Positions 12,735 to 24,003 of a DNA stretch of 48,777 bases are shown here, one piece after another (the stretch's first letter is position 1; each line of letters starts with the position of its first letter). The notes below the pieces were generated by a model, which saw only the letters and a program-made list of their open reading frames with translations, searched no databases and had not been told where the DNA came from. Where the stretch lies: assembly GCA_012862495.1 (NCBI GenBank), contig BLSG01000182.1, positions 50,753 to 99,529 on the forward strand. Reading direction: 5' to 3'. This DNA comes from Thraustochytrium aureum (taxonomy: Eukaryota). Both the position numbers and the translations under genes were made by a program.

Positions 12735-14560
12735 CTAGTGCGACCGTGCTGAGCTATGCGGCGCCGGCTGGGGCCCGCCCGTTCTTGACGATGTGGCGAC
12801 CACCTTTGCAAGCAGGTCCGCGTTGAGCCGCTGCTCAAGCTCCGTCATACGCGCGGCGCCGTTTCGCTCTCTCATACGGTGCAGAAAGTCGCTCCGCGCC
12901 TGCGCCTCAATCTCGCGGCGGTGCTCAAATCGTTTGGCTCGTTGCGACGCACGCAGCTTGGCCTCGAGTCGTGCAGCCTCTTCAACCTCGGCGGCGTACT
13001 TGAGACCCTCGTTGTATCGCTCCAAGTTGCGCGCCTGGCGCTCGCTTTCGCGCACCTGGATTTGCTCAGATATTGTTGCCTTCATATCGGCCTTGGCCTG
13101 ACGCTGCGCTCGCTCACGCTCGCGCGCGCGGCGGGCTTGCTCAGCCTCGGCGCTTTGCCTCTGGCGCTCGACGCGCTCCTCCTCCTTTCTCTTGGCCCGT
13201 GTCGAGAGCAGCCTTGGTCTTTTCCCCCATCTCGCGGTTCCGCTGCTGCTTGGACTCTTGAGCCTGCTGCGCTCGAACCCGCTCAGCCTCTTTGCGGTCG
13301 AGCTCGGCGCAGTGTTCGCGGTACTGCGCGAGCTCAGCTTGGCGCTGGCGTTCCCGCTCTATGGCGCGCAGCTCTGCCTGGCGCTCAAACTCTTGCTTCG
13401 CGAGAGCCTCCTCGGCTTTGCGCTGGAGCTTGTGCGCCTCGCGAGCCGCTTCTTGCGCTTCGAGCTCGGAGCGAACTCTCTGCTGCTCCTTCAACTCCGC
13501 GGCAAGGCGCCGTGCTTGCCGTTGCTGGTGGAGGAGCGCGAGTCGGGCTTGTTCACGCTCGCGCTCGGCGATTTGTCGCGCCATCTCGGCGCGCTGGCGC
13601 CTCTTCTCCGCAGCAGCGGCCCTGCTCGCTTGCGCGGCTTGCTCTCGCAACGCGTTGGTCTCGGCGATGGCTGCGTTGCGCTCGGCTTCTTTGAGCTGCA
13701 TCACTTGCTCCAGCTGCCCGTCTAGGACCTGGCGAACCTCGCGTTGGGTAGCAACTTTCTGCTCTTGCGCTCTCCGCTTGTCGCGTTGGTGCTCTTCTGC
13801 ATGAAAGTCGATCACGCTCGCCCACAACCGGTTGTCAGGCTGCAATAGCTGCTTGGCCGCGAGCGCCGCCTTGGTGTTGCGTCCCTCGCGCAGCCTTCGA
13901 ATGTTGTTCCGGTTGACCTTGTCTGCATACTCGATGTGGACGGGTTTCCCCCTGCTCTTGGCGTGCGCCTTGCTCAGCTCGACCCGAGCTTGTCGCTGTT
14001 CCTCCCTCTCCTTGGCGACCTTCTTCGTGTGCGTAGAGAGCCTTTCAAACCTCTCCTGCTCCTCGCGCCGCGCAATCGCGCGCTGCGCAGACTGCTGTGC
14101 GATACGGCCCAGCATCATTCCTTCGAGCCGCCACTCCGGGCTCGGCCTGCGTTCTGCCTCGCCCTGTCGAGAGGTCTGCTGTCGCAAGACCTTGGCGCGC
14201 TGCACTGCGTGCGACACGTCGTCAACCAACCAGCGCGAGACTGCAACGTGCCCCGGGCGACCTCACAGCGACGCTCGAACGATGCCTGGTCGTCCTTTCA
14301 ACGCGTTCGTAGCGCCTGCGCTGCGAGACCGCATGCAAGTCCTGCAAGGCCAGAGTGCGTCCAAGCTCGCCAAGCTCGCGCAGCTCTTCAAGCTCGCCCA
14401 CTCCTGCCTGCGAGCTTGGCACAATCACTGCCGTCTGCGCAATGCCCGCTCGGGCGCCTGGAGGATCACTCAATCCAATCGCCCTTCTTCGCGCGTCGCC
14501 TTCGCGGCGCAGAGTTGACTCGAGCGGGTCCGATCGCATCGCCTGCGAGGACGCGGACAT
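12735..14560 (-). CDS. E/R/Q/K-rich coiled-coil protein, trichohyalin-plectin-like; candidate ciliary microtubule-associated protein
   Basis: ORFs 13141..14229 and 12735..13085 join by removing one G at 13196-13198 (LDT-AKRKEEERVERQRQ). Motifs LWASVIDFHAEE...VRQVLDGQLEQ and terminal MTELEQRLNADLL. The start at ATG 14560 needs another shift near 14226 and is uncertain. Confidence 0.6.
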
Positions 14561-14597
14561 CGCGAGCCCGCCCGCAACGGATCTGTTCGTGTTGGTC

Positions 14598-14698
14598 GTC
14601 ACGCGACTCGTCACGTGACATGCGCCTGGACGGTGACGAGGTCGGTGCGCAAGTCGAGTTGGTTGCGCAAGGACTCTGCATGCGTCGCGACGCATGCA
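14598..14698. promoter_or_regulatory. Palindromic elements in the probable divergent promoter region
   Basis: GTCACGCGAC (14598), perfect GTCACGTGAC (14610-14619) and perfect 22-bp palindrome TGCATGCGTCGCGACGCATGCA (14677-14698). Function is inferred from position only. Confidence 0.35.
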
Positions 14699-15093
14699 TG
14701 CTGGAGCCCTCGAGGCCGACTTCGCGGCGCTCGGTCGCTTCGAGCTGGTCGGCCCGACGCCGGTGGAGGCTGCTTGCTCGACCGGCCCAGGCCAGCAGTC
14801 TGCTCCGACATGATCGTGATGGTCGGGTTCTGCGATGGGTGATGTAGCGAGCGCGAGAGGAGGCTTGGTCGGGAGAAATGTGCTCGAGGTGGTCCTGGAC
14901 GCTTCCGCCGCCGATGCGCTCGCGCGCATGACCCCGTGCTGCAATCGCCGTGTCGAGAGTGTTCTGCCGCTGGACAGATGGGCGTGGAACCGTAGACCGT
15001 CAACGAGTACCGCGGTCGGGCTGGCGTGCAACGCGAGAGCGGTTTGCTGGCGCAGGCCACGCGGGCGGAAGAGCTGGAGGGTCCTCGGGCGGG

Positions 15094-15983
15094 ATGCGGA
15101 GGATCGAGCCGTTCAAGTTTGCGGCGCCGCTCGTGCGCGGGACAATCATGGCGCGACCCAACAGGTTCGTGATGCGAGTGATGCGCAACGAGGAGATTCT
15201 AAAGTGTTACTGCCCTGTGACAGGCGGCATCGCGTCTCTCAACTTTGAAGAGAGCGGCATACCATGCCTGTTGTCGGAGAACAAGTCGCCAAAGGCGAAG
15301 ACCTCGCACACCGTCGAGGCGATCTCGCTGCACCGCCAAGTACACCGGATGAAACGATTGAGTGGGTCGGGATAAACCAAAATCGCGCCAATCGTATCGT
15401 GGAGCACTTCTTGAAGCAAGGAGTCCTGTTCCCGGCGTCCCCTCACGATGCCGACAAGGCCAAAGACCTCGAGGGCGGAACCTGTCCTACAGCGGCCACC
15501 CTGCGGGAGCCCTCCGGCGAGCCCCTTTCCGTTCGGCGCGAGATTAAAGTCGGCAACTCGCGGATTGACCTCGCCGTGGAGAACGCCGATGAGTCTGGGC
15601 GCTCGCTTTTCGTGGAGGTCAAGTCGCCCATGTCTTGGATCGATTCCAGCAAGCACCCCGCCTTTGTGCCCAAGGCCGGGCAGGGAGCGTCGCACCTGAG
15701 CGACAGACTCGTGCGGCACTTTGACGCTCTCGCTGAAGCCTCAGAGAAGGACTTGTGCGCCATGCTGATTCTGTTCATGTTTGACGCCGCCCCGTTTGCG
15801 CCCCCGCGGGCCCCGAGCGAACCACGTGGAAAGGCGCAGGTGCGCCTTGCAGAGATTTTCCGCGCCGTGGACAACGCCAAATCGAAGGGCGTGTCGCAGT
15901 GGCAGCTCAACGTCCGTGTGACGCCGGAGCAGGTCGAGTTTCTGGACCACTTTCAGCTTCAGGAGCTGGGTTCAGGTGCATGA
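15094..15983 (+). CDS. sfsA: SfsA-like (sugar fermentation stimulation) DNA-binding PD-(D/E)XK nuclease-fold protein; frame break at about 15330
   Basis: Ordered SfsA motifs: RPNRFV, CYCPVTG, KTSHTVEAI, WVGINQNRANRIVE, RREIKVGNSRIDL, LFVEVKS, RLVRHFDAL, AKSKGV. The N-half is in ORF 14950..15375 and the C-half in ORF 15264..15983. No intron is evident. Confidence 0.82.
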
Positions 15984-16143
15984 AAGGCAGCAACTTGATT
16001 GAAAAACATCTATCTTTCGCCAACCCAACCACGATTTTAAACCACGCGAGAGGGCAAGAAGGGTTAACACGCAAGGCCAGTTTGCCGGACAGCAGACCGT
16101 GCGGCCAGTCATAGGCCAGCAAGAAACGCGTTTGGCGCGGCAA

Positions 16144-17303
16144 TCAGGAAAACATGTGAAAGTCCTCCTCGTCCGTGATGGAGGCTTCCGAAAGGTTGGT
16201 GTTTCGACGCCCACCGTGGTACTCGTGCTGCTCTTCCACCGGCAGTGGCCCCCCGCCTAAGACCTCGTCAAGGAACGTTGAAAAGTACTCGTAATACTGC
16301 GGGAGCCGCTCGTCAGAGGATCACAGAACAACGCTTGGCGCAAGGGCCGGCGCAAAGCCAAGGCCAAACAAATCCCAAAACCTACCTGGTCCCCGCCGTG
16401 GACTGGGGTGTCGTTATGCGTGCCTTCGGGAACTGAGCAAAACTTGGTTCCGGGCACGCGAGCGCAGAGCCGAAACAGCGACTTCATGTGTTCGGGCGGA
16501 ATCAGCTCGTCCTTTTCTCCGGAAATGAAGAGAATAGGGCACTTGACTGCCTTTATGGTGTCCTTGGAAAGCCAGGTGCTCGTGAGCAGGGGCGGCTTCA
16601 TGAACGGCCCCACGACACGCAGAAAGGGGTAGAGCACAAACGCGATGTCGGCGACGCTCAGGAACGTGTTCTCGAGCACCACTGCTTTCACCGCCTTCGG
16701 GAGCGCCGCCGCGACGTGGATGCCTACTGCTCCACCTAGCGAGCGCCCGAACACGACGACACGCTCCGGGTCGATGTCAGGGTGGTTGAGCGCAAACTTG
16801 ACGAACTCCTCGGCGTCGCGGCGCATTCCCGCCTCGGAGGGGCTCCCTTCGCTCTTCCCGTACCCGCGGTACTCGGCGGCCAGCACATTTACGTTGACTT
16901 TCCTCCTGAGCTCTGCGTAGTACGGCAGCCTGTTGGAGATGTTGCCTGCGTTGCCATGAAAGTACACGACGGTCGCTGCGCGCCGATTTTCTGCCGCACT
17001 GGTCGCTGACTGCTTGATGAGCCAGCCGTGTGCGAGCTGCCCGTCCACGGCGATGTTGACGTCCTCGTACGGAAGGTCCTCGTCGAACTCGTCGGGCGTA
17101 ACAAGCTCGTCCCGCGGCTGCCCGGGCACAGGGCTGGGAATGTACAGAATATCATTCTGCTTGATCACCAGAAACATAGTGAGCATGACGACCATCATGC
17201 CGCCAATACGCAGCGCCGGCAGCAGGATCCCCTGCTGGTGCGCGAGCGCCGCAAGTCCGACAAGTGCGGCACGGTTCACGTGGACCGCAGCTGGCGTCGC
17301 CAT
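16144..17303 (-). CDS. ABHD13/BEM46-like alpha/beta hydrolase with N-terminal membrane anchor; one intron 16297-16385
   Basis: YFHGNAGN, EYRGYGKSEGSPSE, nucleophile elbow GRSLGG, LENTF, GEKDELIP, GTHNDT. An 89-nt GTAGG...CTGAC...CGCAG intron restores the tail YYEYFSTFLDEVL, with TGA at 16144-16146. Confidence 0.92.
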
Positions 17304-17535
17304 TTACTCCGGCGTCCGCGCGCCGCGCCCCGAGGCCGCTCGGCGCGACACGCAACGGCTGCCGCGGTATTGTGGCGAGCGCCTGGCTCGCCGCCCCGGT
17401 CGCCGTCTCGCGCTTGCCGCCCGCTCAGCCTCGCTCCGTGTTGGGCAGCCGACTGCTCACAGAAAAGTCGACAAACAAAACTGGAGCACATCGACCCAGT
17501 TGTGGTACAACAGCCACCTCGAGGATGCCGAGTAG

Positions 17536-17570
17536 TGGATGGATGGATGGATGGATGGATCAATCAATCA
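17536..17570. repeat. (TGGA)6 microsatellite followed by (CAAT)2
   Basis: tggatggatggatggatggatggatcaatcaatca. Confidence 0.9.
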
Positions 17571-18109
17571 TCGAGCGGCCTGGACTCTGCAGTGCTCGGC
17601 GCTCGTCCGCTCAGCCCGACTCGTGGCCCGACTCNNNNNNNNNNNNNNNNNNNNNNNNNNNNNNNNNNNNNNNNNNNNNNNNNNNNNNNNNNNNNNNNNN
17701 NNNNNNNNNNNNNNNNNNNNNNNNNNNNNNNNNNNNNNNNNNNNNNNNNNNNNNNNNNNNNNNNNNNNNNNNNNNNNNNNNNNNNNNNNNNNNNNNNNNN
17801 NNNNNNNNNNNNNNNNNNNNNNNNNNNNNNNNNNNNCGCGCAACGTGCGGCCAAAAACAGCGACACGAAGCGACACTGCCGCAGCACGACGCAGCAGGCG
17901 ACCGCGCCGCGCGGCCCCTCGCGCCCGACGTCGCCGTCAACGAAGCCCTGATACTTGTCCGTAGCCGCCGGGTCTGGTCGCTCATCATCATCACCTTCAA
18001 GTGGAGCACTTGCCAACGCCGAGCTCGCGGACGCGCGGGAGCTGGGCGAGCATTGAAGCAACAGGTCCGGCGCCGAGACCCAGCGAGCGAGGGGCATGTC
18101 CATCGATAC

Positions 18110-18445
18110 TCTTCGATACTCCTAGAGCTAGGTGGTGGCCGCTGCGATGCCTGTTCCCAGACGCTCGAGCGGCACCGGCGCCGAGGCCAAGGACTGCAGG
18201 GAGAGCGCCGAGTCCTCTGAGGTCGCGCGCTGGAGGCATTGCGGAGGTGCACACGCGTGGCGTGCTGCATGGCGACGTGTAAGCGGAACAACGTGCTGCG
18301 GGCGCTGGATGGGCGTGCGGTGATTGTCGACTTTGGCATGGCCACGCTTGGAAGTCGATTCGGGGAAAACAGGAGGAAGAGCTCCCCGAACTCGGACAAC
18401 GCATTACGGGAAACGAGAGCGTGTGGAATGCATGGCACTTGATCA
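18110..18445 (+). pseudogene. Degraded protein-kinase-like remnant
   Basis: EVHTRGVLHGDV (ends 18279), then one extra T, then KRNNVLRALDGRAVIVDFGMAT: catalytic loop plus DFG. The upstream part is broken across frames with stops. Confidence 0.65.
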
Positions 18446-18629
18446 GGCCGAACGGCGCAAGTTTCCGGCGGCGTTCAATTCGATGCTTGCGATGTTGATT
18501 TATGTCTGCGCGCGTGGACGGGTCCTTAACTTCGCCTGCTTTGCCTCGGCAAGACTGGCCATCACTGGCCCAGCTTTCGCTTTTGGCTTGCCAGGGCCGC
18601 GGGTTGGCAAGGCTCCGTGGCCGCAGCCC

Positions 18630-18742
18630 GTTGTGCAGACTGCCGTTGCTCAGAATGCTGTTGTGCAGACTGCTGTTGCTCAGAATGCTCTTGAAGCGAC
18701 GCCCGTTGTGCAGACTGCTGGTGCTCAGAATGCTCTTGAAGC
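18630..18742. repeat. Three copies of a 30-bp unit (GTTGTGCAGACTGCYGKTGCTCAGAATGCT); copies 2 and 3 share a CTTGAAGC extension
   Basis: Copies start at 18630, 18660 and 18705. Confidence 0.9.
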
Positions 18743-19374
18743 AACTTGCTGCGGCGCGGCACTTGATGATGCAGCTGCGCCCGATGCACTTGGCGCCGCG
18801 TGCTCTCCGGCATTGCGCAGCTTCCGCGTGGTGTCGTGTTTCTTCATCACCCGCAGGGCAACATTGTGATGGCGAGCGGGCCGCGTGGACCTCGTCGTGT
18901 CATTCGAGCTGGCCAACGAGCCGACGCCACTACGACGCCTCTCCCTTCGAATGGGCCTCTTCTTCTTCTTCAAGTACGTCAATCAACGTCTCGCAATCCC
19001 ACAGACGCGGCCAGGGTCGCAGCAACCTTGCCGATGGGTGCGAACTGATGCCCTGCCTGGATAGATCCGTTGCGCATGCGAAGCACGAGATCCTTTGGCG
19101 AACGGAGTCGCCCAGACAGCACGGACTGGCACGGGGTACCTACGTGGCAGCTCTTTAACGGTTCGTAGGGGACAGACCGGTTGGAGTCGTCAAACGACTC
19201 GCGCGCATACGCAGTGCAGTGGCTCGGCTTAGGTGGCAGCCGACTGTACAAGACAACAGACACCGATCACAACGCTCCGCTCCGCTCGCTGCTTCGGAGG
19301 AACGCCTGATTGCTTTGAAGCGCAGAGCAAGCCAGACGCAAAGGACTGGCGCAGGTTGAATACCGCAAAGAGCG

Positions 19375-21922
19375 ATGCGGGCCCTCGGCTCGGTGCTGAG
19401 TGCGGCCCTTGCAGCGCTGGCACTCGCCGAGCAAGTGCGCGTTGGCGACGGCGTTGTGACACGGGCCCAGACGGCTGTGCTCTCCGAAAGTCCGTTCTTC
19501 GCCGTGTCGTGGTGGGTACAAGATGAAACGCGCCTCTTCGTTGATGTTGAGGCAGCCACGCTGGGATGGTGGGGGATCGGGTTCTCTCGCAAAGGCGCGA
19601 TGTCCGGCGCGGACATCGTCCTCGGACGCGTCAACGCGGACGCCACGGCTGACGTCTTTGACTGCCACGGCGTTGGAAACACGATCCCTGTCAAGGATGA
19701 AAGCCAAGACTACCGAGTAGAATCCAGCAGCACGACCTCCGTGGGCGGTGTGCAGCGCCAAAAAGTTCGCATCTCGCGCGAGCTTGACACGTGCGATCCG
19801 AACGACTTTAACGCTAAGGAGGGTGGAACAACGCGACTTCTCTGGGCACTTCCTGGAGGCGGTGCCTCGAGCGCGTTCCCGAACGCTCCCCACACCTCGA
19901 GCCAGCGCGGCGCAAAAAGCGTGCAGCTAGAGGCCTTTGCCGCGCACAACGCATCTAGCGCGGACGCCACGTTCAGCGTGGACTTGCTCGTTCCGCAAGT
20001 CTCGATCGACAAGTATCCAGCGGGCGGGACCTCGCACGGGCCAGGCACGACCTACTACTGCCAAACGTTTTTTGCAATGTGACAAGCAAGCATCATATCG
20101 TTTCGATCCTGCCCCAGATCCAAGAGTCCAACCTCGGCAGGGTCCACCACATTCTGCTCTTCGAGTNNNNNNNNNNNNNNNNNNNNNNNNNNNNNNNNNN
20201 NNNNNNNNNNNNNNNNNNNNNNNNNNNNNNNNNNNNNNNNNNNNNNNNNNNNNNNNNNNNNNNNNNNNNNNNNNNNNNNNNNNNNNNNNNNNNNNNNNNN
20301 NNNNNNNNNNNNNNNNNNNNNNNNNNNNNNNNNNNNNNNNNNNNNNNNNNNNNNNNNNNNNNNNNNCCCGAGATCGAAACCACGGGACGCCAGAGTACTC
20401 TGGGCTGTGCTACACTGGCGAGAACATGCCAAACTACGTAAACAAGTGCAATGGCGGCGCCACGGTCGCTGGTTGGGCGGTGGGCGGCGGAGACCAGCAC
20501 TTCCCTGCCGTTGCGGGCTATCCTATCGGCGGCGGTTCACCGCGCCATTTCCTTATGGAGGTGCACTACGACAACCCGCCTGGGCAACCTGTGATGACCG
20601 ACAGCTCGGGGCTCTCGCTGGTACTGACGAAAGAGCTGCGTGAACACGATGTCGGAACAATGGCGATGGGGCACACCGTGGCAGAGGGCGTCGCAATCCC
20701 TCCTGGGCGCTCTCACTACAGCTACAACGGATGGTGCCCTTCGCCCTGCACCGAGTCCGGTCTCGCTGGCGACATTGTGGTGTTCGGGGCCCTTTTGCAC
20801 TCGCACACCGCTGGGCGCAGGGTCGAGGCACGCCACTTTCGTGGCGACGAGGAGCTCGAGCCGTTCGCTGTCGACAACAGCTACGACTTCAACTATCAGG
20901 ATGTGACGCCTGTTTACCCGACCAAGGTTGTCTCCCCTGGCGACACGATGCTCACGCGCTGCACATACAACACCTTGGACCGAACCTATGTCACCAAGGG
21001 AGGCCTTATGACCAACGACGAGATGTGCATCACATACTTGTTCTTCTACCCGAAAGAGAACGGCATGAGCAACTGCAAGTCCACCACAATCAAGGGTGGT
21101 ATAACTGCAAGTTGCGCCGGCGGCAAGGACCTTGCATTACCCATGGCATACAGTCCCTTCTTCCCGGAAACAGAGTGCTCCAGCGAGCGCTTCTGTGGGG
21201 ACGGCGTCGTCGACTTGGATCTCGGGGAGGTCTGCGACGACGGCAACACCGTCCCCAACGACGGCTGCGACCCGCATTGTTTTGCCGAGAACACGCTGGT
21301 TTGCTTTGACGGATCAATCGACCAAGCTTTTGCTGGGACCAAGTACACATGCATCCAACGCCCTTTCGTGCAGAAGGACGCTGCGTTTTTCGATTCCAAG
21401 TGCGACTCGGCCATGGTCAACGAGCTCTTGAATGATGTCGTCAAAGTTGGGATCGAAGAGTTTGCTCAAGGTGGAGACCCGCCCTTGCCCACGTGCCCTG
21501 CCGGTATCTCGAGTTGCAGCACGTCAGCACCCAATTACGATCGGGCTTGCCGTGAATATCTCACGACGATTACGAAAACGTTCCAGTGCTGCAACGAGGG
21601 CTCGTCATCAGAGTATCGCCGGCTCACGGTGCTCATCAACCAGGTCATTGGGGCTGCTTGCGTGGAGCCCCTCGAAGTTTCCTCGCATTGCTCGTACTGC
21701 GGAGATGGCAACGTTGACCCCGGCGAGGCGTGCGACGACGGCAATCTTGACAGTGGCGACGGCTGTTCATCGACATGCCTAGTTGAAGATGCCTTCTATT
21801 GCGCCAAGGCGGAGGGCTTGAGCATATGCCTACCTTCAGAGGTGTTGATCAGCAAAGCACACAGGAATGCCCTCGGCGCTTTTGCTGCGCTGGCAGCGCT
21901 CGCCGCCGCTGCGCAGGCTTAG
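19375..21922 (+). CDS. Secreted, probably GPI-anchored DOMON plus copper type II ascorbate-dependent monooxygenase (MOXD1/DBH-like) with two myxobacterial-type Cys-rich repeats
   Basis: Signal peptide MRALGSVLSAALAALALA. DOMON motifs GWWGIGFSRKGAMSGADIV and RELDTCDPND. Copper ligands VHHILLFE, MEVHYDNP, LLHSHTAG, TNDEMC, plus YDFNYQ. Repeats CGDG..GEVCDDGN..DGC. Hydrophobic tail. Frame break at T6 20068-20073; gap 20167-20365. Confidence 0.9.
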
Positions 21923-22289
21923 CTTCCCAAAGCACTCGAAGGCCGTGCTTCACAGACTCGACGCAAGCCCTGCGCTCGTTGCTCAGTTAGAAAAGAAACT
22001 GACTTCCATACCCTGTTCGTGCGTTGGCCGCCCTGCGCGACTCGTCGTCGAGGCGCTCGGTTCAGAACAGGTGCTCGAGCACGCCATGGGCGAGGCAAGA
22101 ACGTGAGAGCCTGCCTCTTGGCTGGCGCGCTACCAAAAGGTCGCGGGCCTCGCTCTTGGCCTGTTGACGCCAAGGCAGACAGGCAGGTTGACAGGCGACA
22201 GACCCCTGTCAGTGCGGGGCGATGCTCGGGAAGGCCTTGACAGCTGCAGCGTTCTTCTTGCGCAGGTCCTAGCTCCTGTTGCGTCTGGA

Positions 22290-23400
22290 ATGGAGGTCCT
22301 GCTCGAGTGGATCGTGGCCCACTGCCAAGACGCCAAGCATGCCGACCTGTGGAAGACGCAGGCGACTGTGGATATGAGGGTCGACCCCTCCTCGGGGAGC
22401 GGGGATAGGGTGCTGGTCGCCACGGCGAAGATGCGCAAAGGCTTGCGGCTCCCACTGCCACCAGGTTGCATTCTAACCGAGGACAAGGTCCGTGCGTCGG
22501 CGGTGGGAAAAGCTCTTGTGGGACTCGACCTTTACACGCTCTTTGCGGTTTTCCTGGTGGGCGAGCGGAGGCGCGGCGCAGCGTCGCCGTGGCGCGCATA
22601 CGTGGACGTGCTGCCGCGCGAGATTCTGTTCCACCCGATCACGTAAGTTTGAGCGGAGGCAGCGAGTCGGCGGCCAGACTCCCCCGCTGATGGCCGTTGC
22701 GCCGCTTTGCGCAGATTTCCCTCGAGGCTGGGCAGCGAGTCGGCGCTCCGCGAGGCCCTCGAGGCCGAGCCGCTGCTGGCGCGCGCCCTCGAAGCGCAGG
22801 ACGAAAAGCTGCGGCGCGAGTTTGGGCTCGCCTCCAAGCTACTCACACTGCACGCCGCAAAGAGCCCGGACCTCGCTGCCATATTCACTGCAGCCGCGCC
22901 ACTCGTTTACGACGAGTTCCTTTGGGGATCGTGCATGGTCGTGTCTCGGGCGTTCAACATGGAGGAACCCAAACTTATGTGCATGCTCCCTTTCGTCGAC
23001 TCGATGAACCACTCCTCACGGTCCCCGACCGTGCAGTGGCGGCCGCGACTTCCGCGCGGCTTCTTCGTGACCACGCTCTTGCAGGATTTGGAGCCAGGGA
23101 CTGGTAAGTGGATTGCCTCGATAAAGTTGGCGCATTTCGTCCGTTTTCGCTCAAGCTTACACGGTGCATGCGTTTGGCACCCACAGAGCTCGTGGCAAAC
23201 TATCACGGAGGGGTCCGAGGCACAGCCCAGTCGAAGCTGGACGAGGTGAAGCAGTACGTCATGTACGGCTTTTGCGGAGACCGGTGCGTTCAGCAGCGTC
23301 TCGGCTGCGGCCATGGCGTCTCGAGGCCCTCCGTCGGCCTAGCCCGACCTCACGCCTTGGGCCATTCTTTGATCAAGGTCACGATGTCGTTGCCGGGTGA
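22290..23400 (+). CDS. SET-domain lysine methyltransferase (Rubisco-LSMT/SETD3/SETD6-like); introns 22643-22714 and 23104-23186; both ends uncertain
   Basis: GDRVLVAT, SPWRAYVDVLP, FLWGSCMVVSRAF, MLPFVDSMNHS, and PGT/ELVANYHG...YVMYGF after splicing two GTAAG...CAG introns (72 and 83 nt) that keep frame. Confidence 0.85.
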
Positions 23401-23413
23401 TCCATCATTTCCC

Positions 23414-23592
23414 CACACGCACGCACGCACGNNNNNNNNNNNNNNNNNNNNNNNNNNNNNNNNNNNNNNNNNNNNNNNNNNNNNNNNNNNNNNNNNNNNN
23501 NNNNNNNNNNNNNNNNNNNNNNNNNNNNNNNNNNNNNNNNNNNNNNNNNNNNNNNNNNNNNNNNNNNNNNNNNNNNNNNNNCACGCACGCAC
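23414..23592. repeat. (GCAC)n microsatellite flanking both sides of an assembly gap
   Basis: cacacgcacgcacgcacg-[N 23432-23581]-cacgcacgcac. Confidence 0.75.
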
Positions 23593-24003
23593 AGCCAGCT
23601 CTGCCCGCCTTGTCAACCTACGAACGTATTTTCCACCCCGATATTTTGTCACGCACCGACGAGCTCGCGACCCTTTCTCTCGGGGGTCGTGCTGGCGTGC
23701 GCGCGGCAACCCGGCATGGCGCGCCGTCGACAGGGAATCAATCACACAGGCACCGCCGACCGTCCTTGCGACATCTCGGAGGCTCCCGAGTCCTTTCCTT
23801 CCTTCCGACCATCGTGTCCTTGCATCAAAAGAAAGTATCCTGCGCGTTTGCCGCCAACTCGTCAACTTTCTGGCAGCAGTGCTTTCAATGAACATCACAG
23901 ACATCTGCACGCCGGTTGGACGCGATCGAGCGCCAGGATCAGGGACGCGGGACGCAACAGGGCGGCTCGGGTGCGATCGAGCGGCTTGCGGTTGGCAACG
24001 AAG

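Noticed and set aside
15094..15983. Bacterial contamination or chimeric contig as the source of sfsA
   Set aside because: It is contiguous, without gaps, with eukaryotic neighbours (one intron-containing) and has similar GC-rich codon style. Read mapping is still needed to exclude it fully.
18630..18742. CRISPR-like array
   Set aside because: The 30-bp units are adjacent or separated by only 15 bp, with no unique spacers and no cas genes, in a eukaryotic context.
20077..20082. Selenocysteine or readthrough at TGA in the monooxygenase
   Set aside because: The conserved HH motif continues in a different frame; a missing T in the upstream T6 run explains it.
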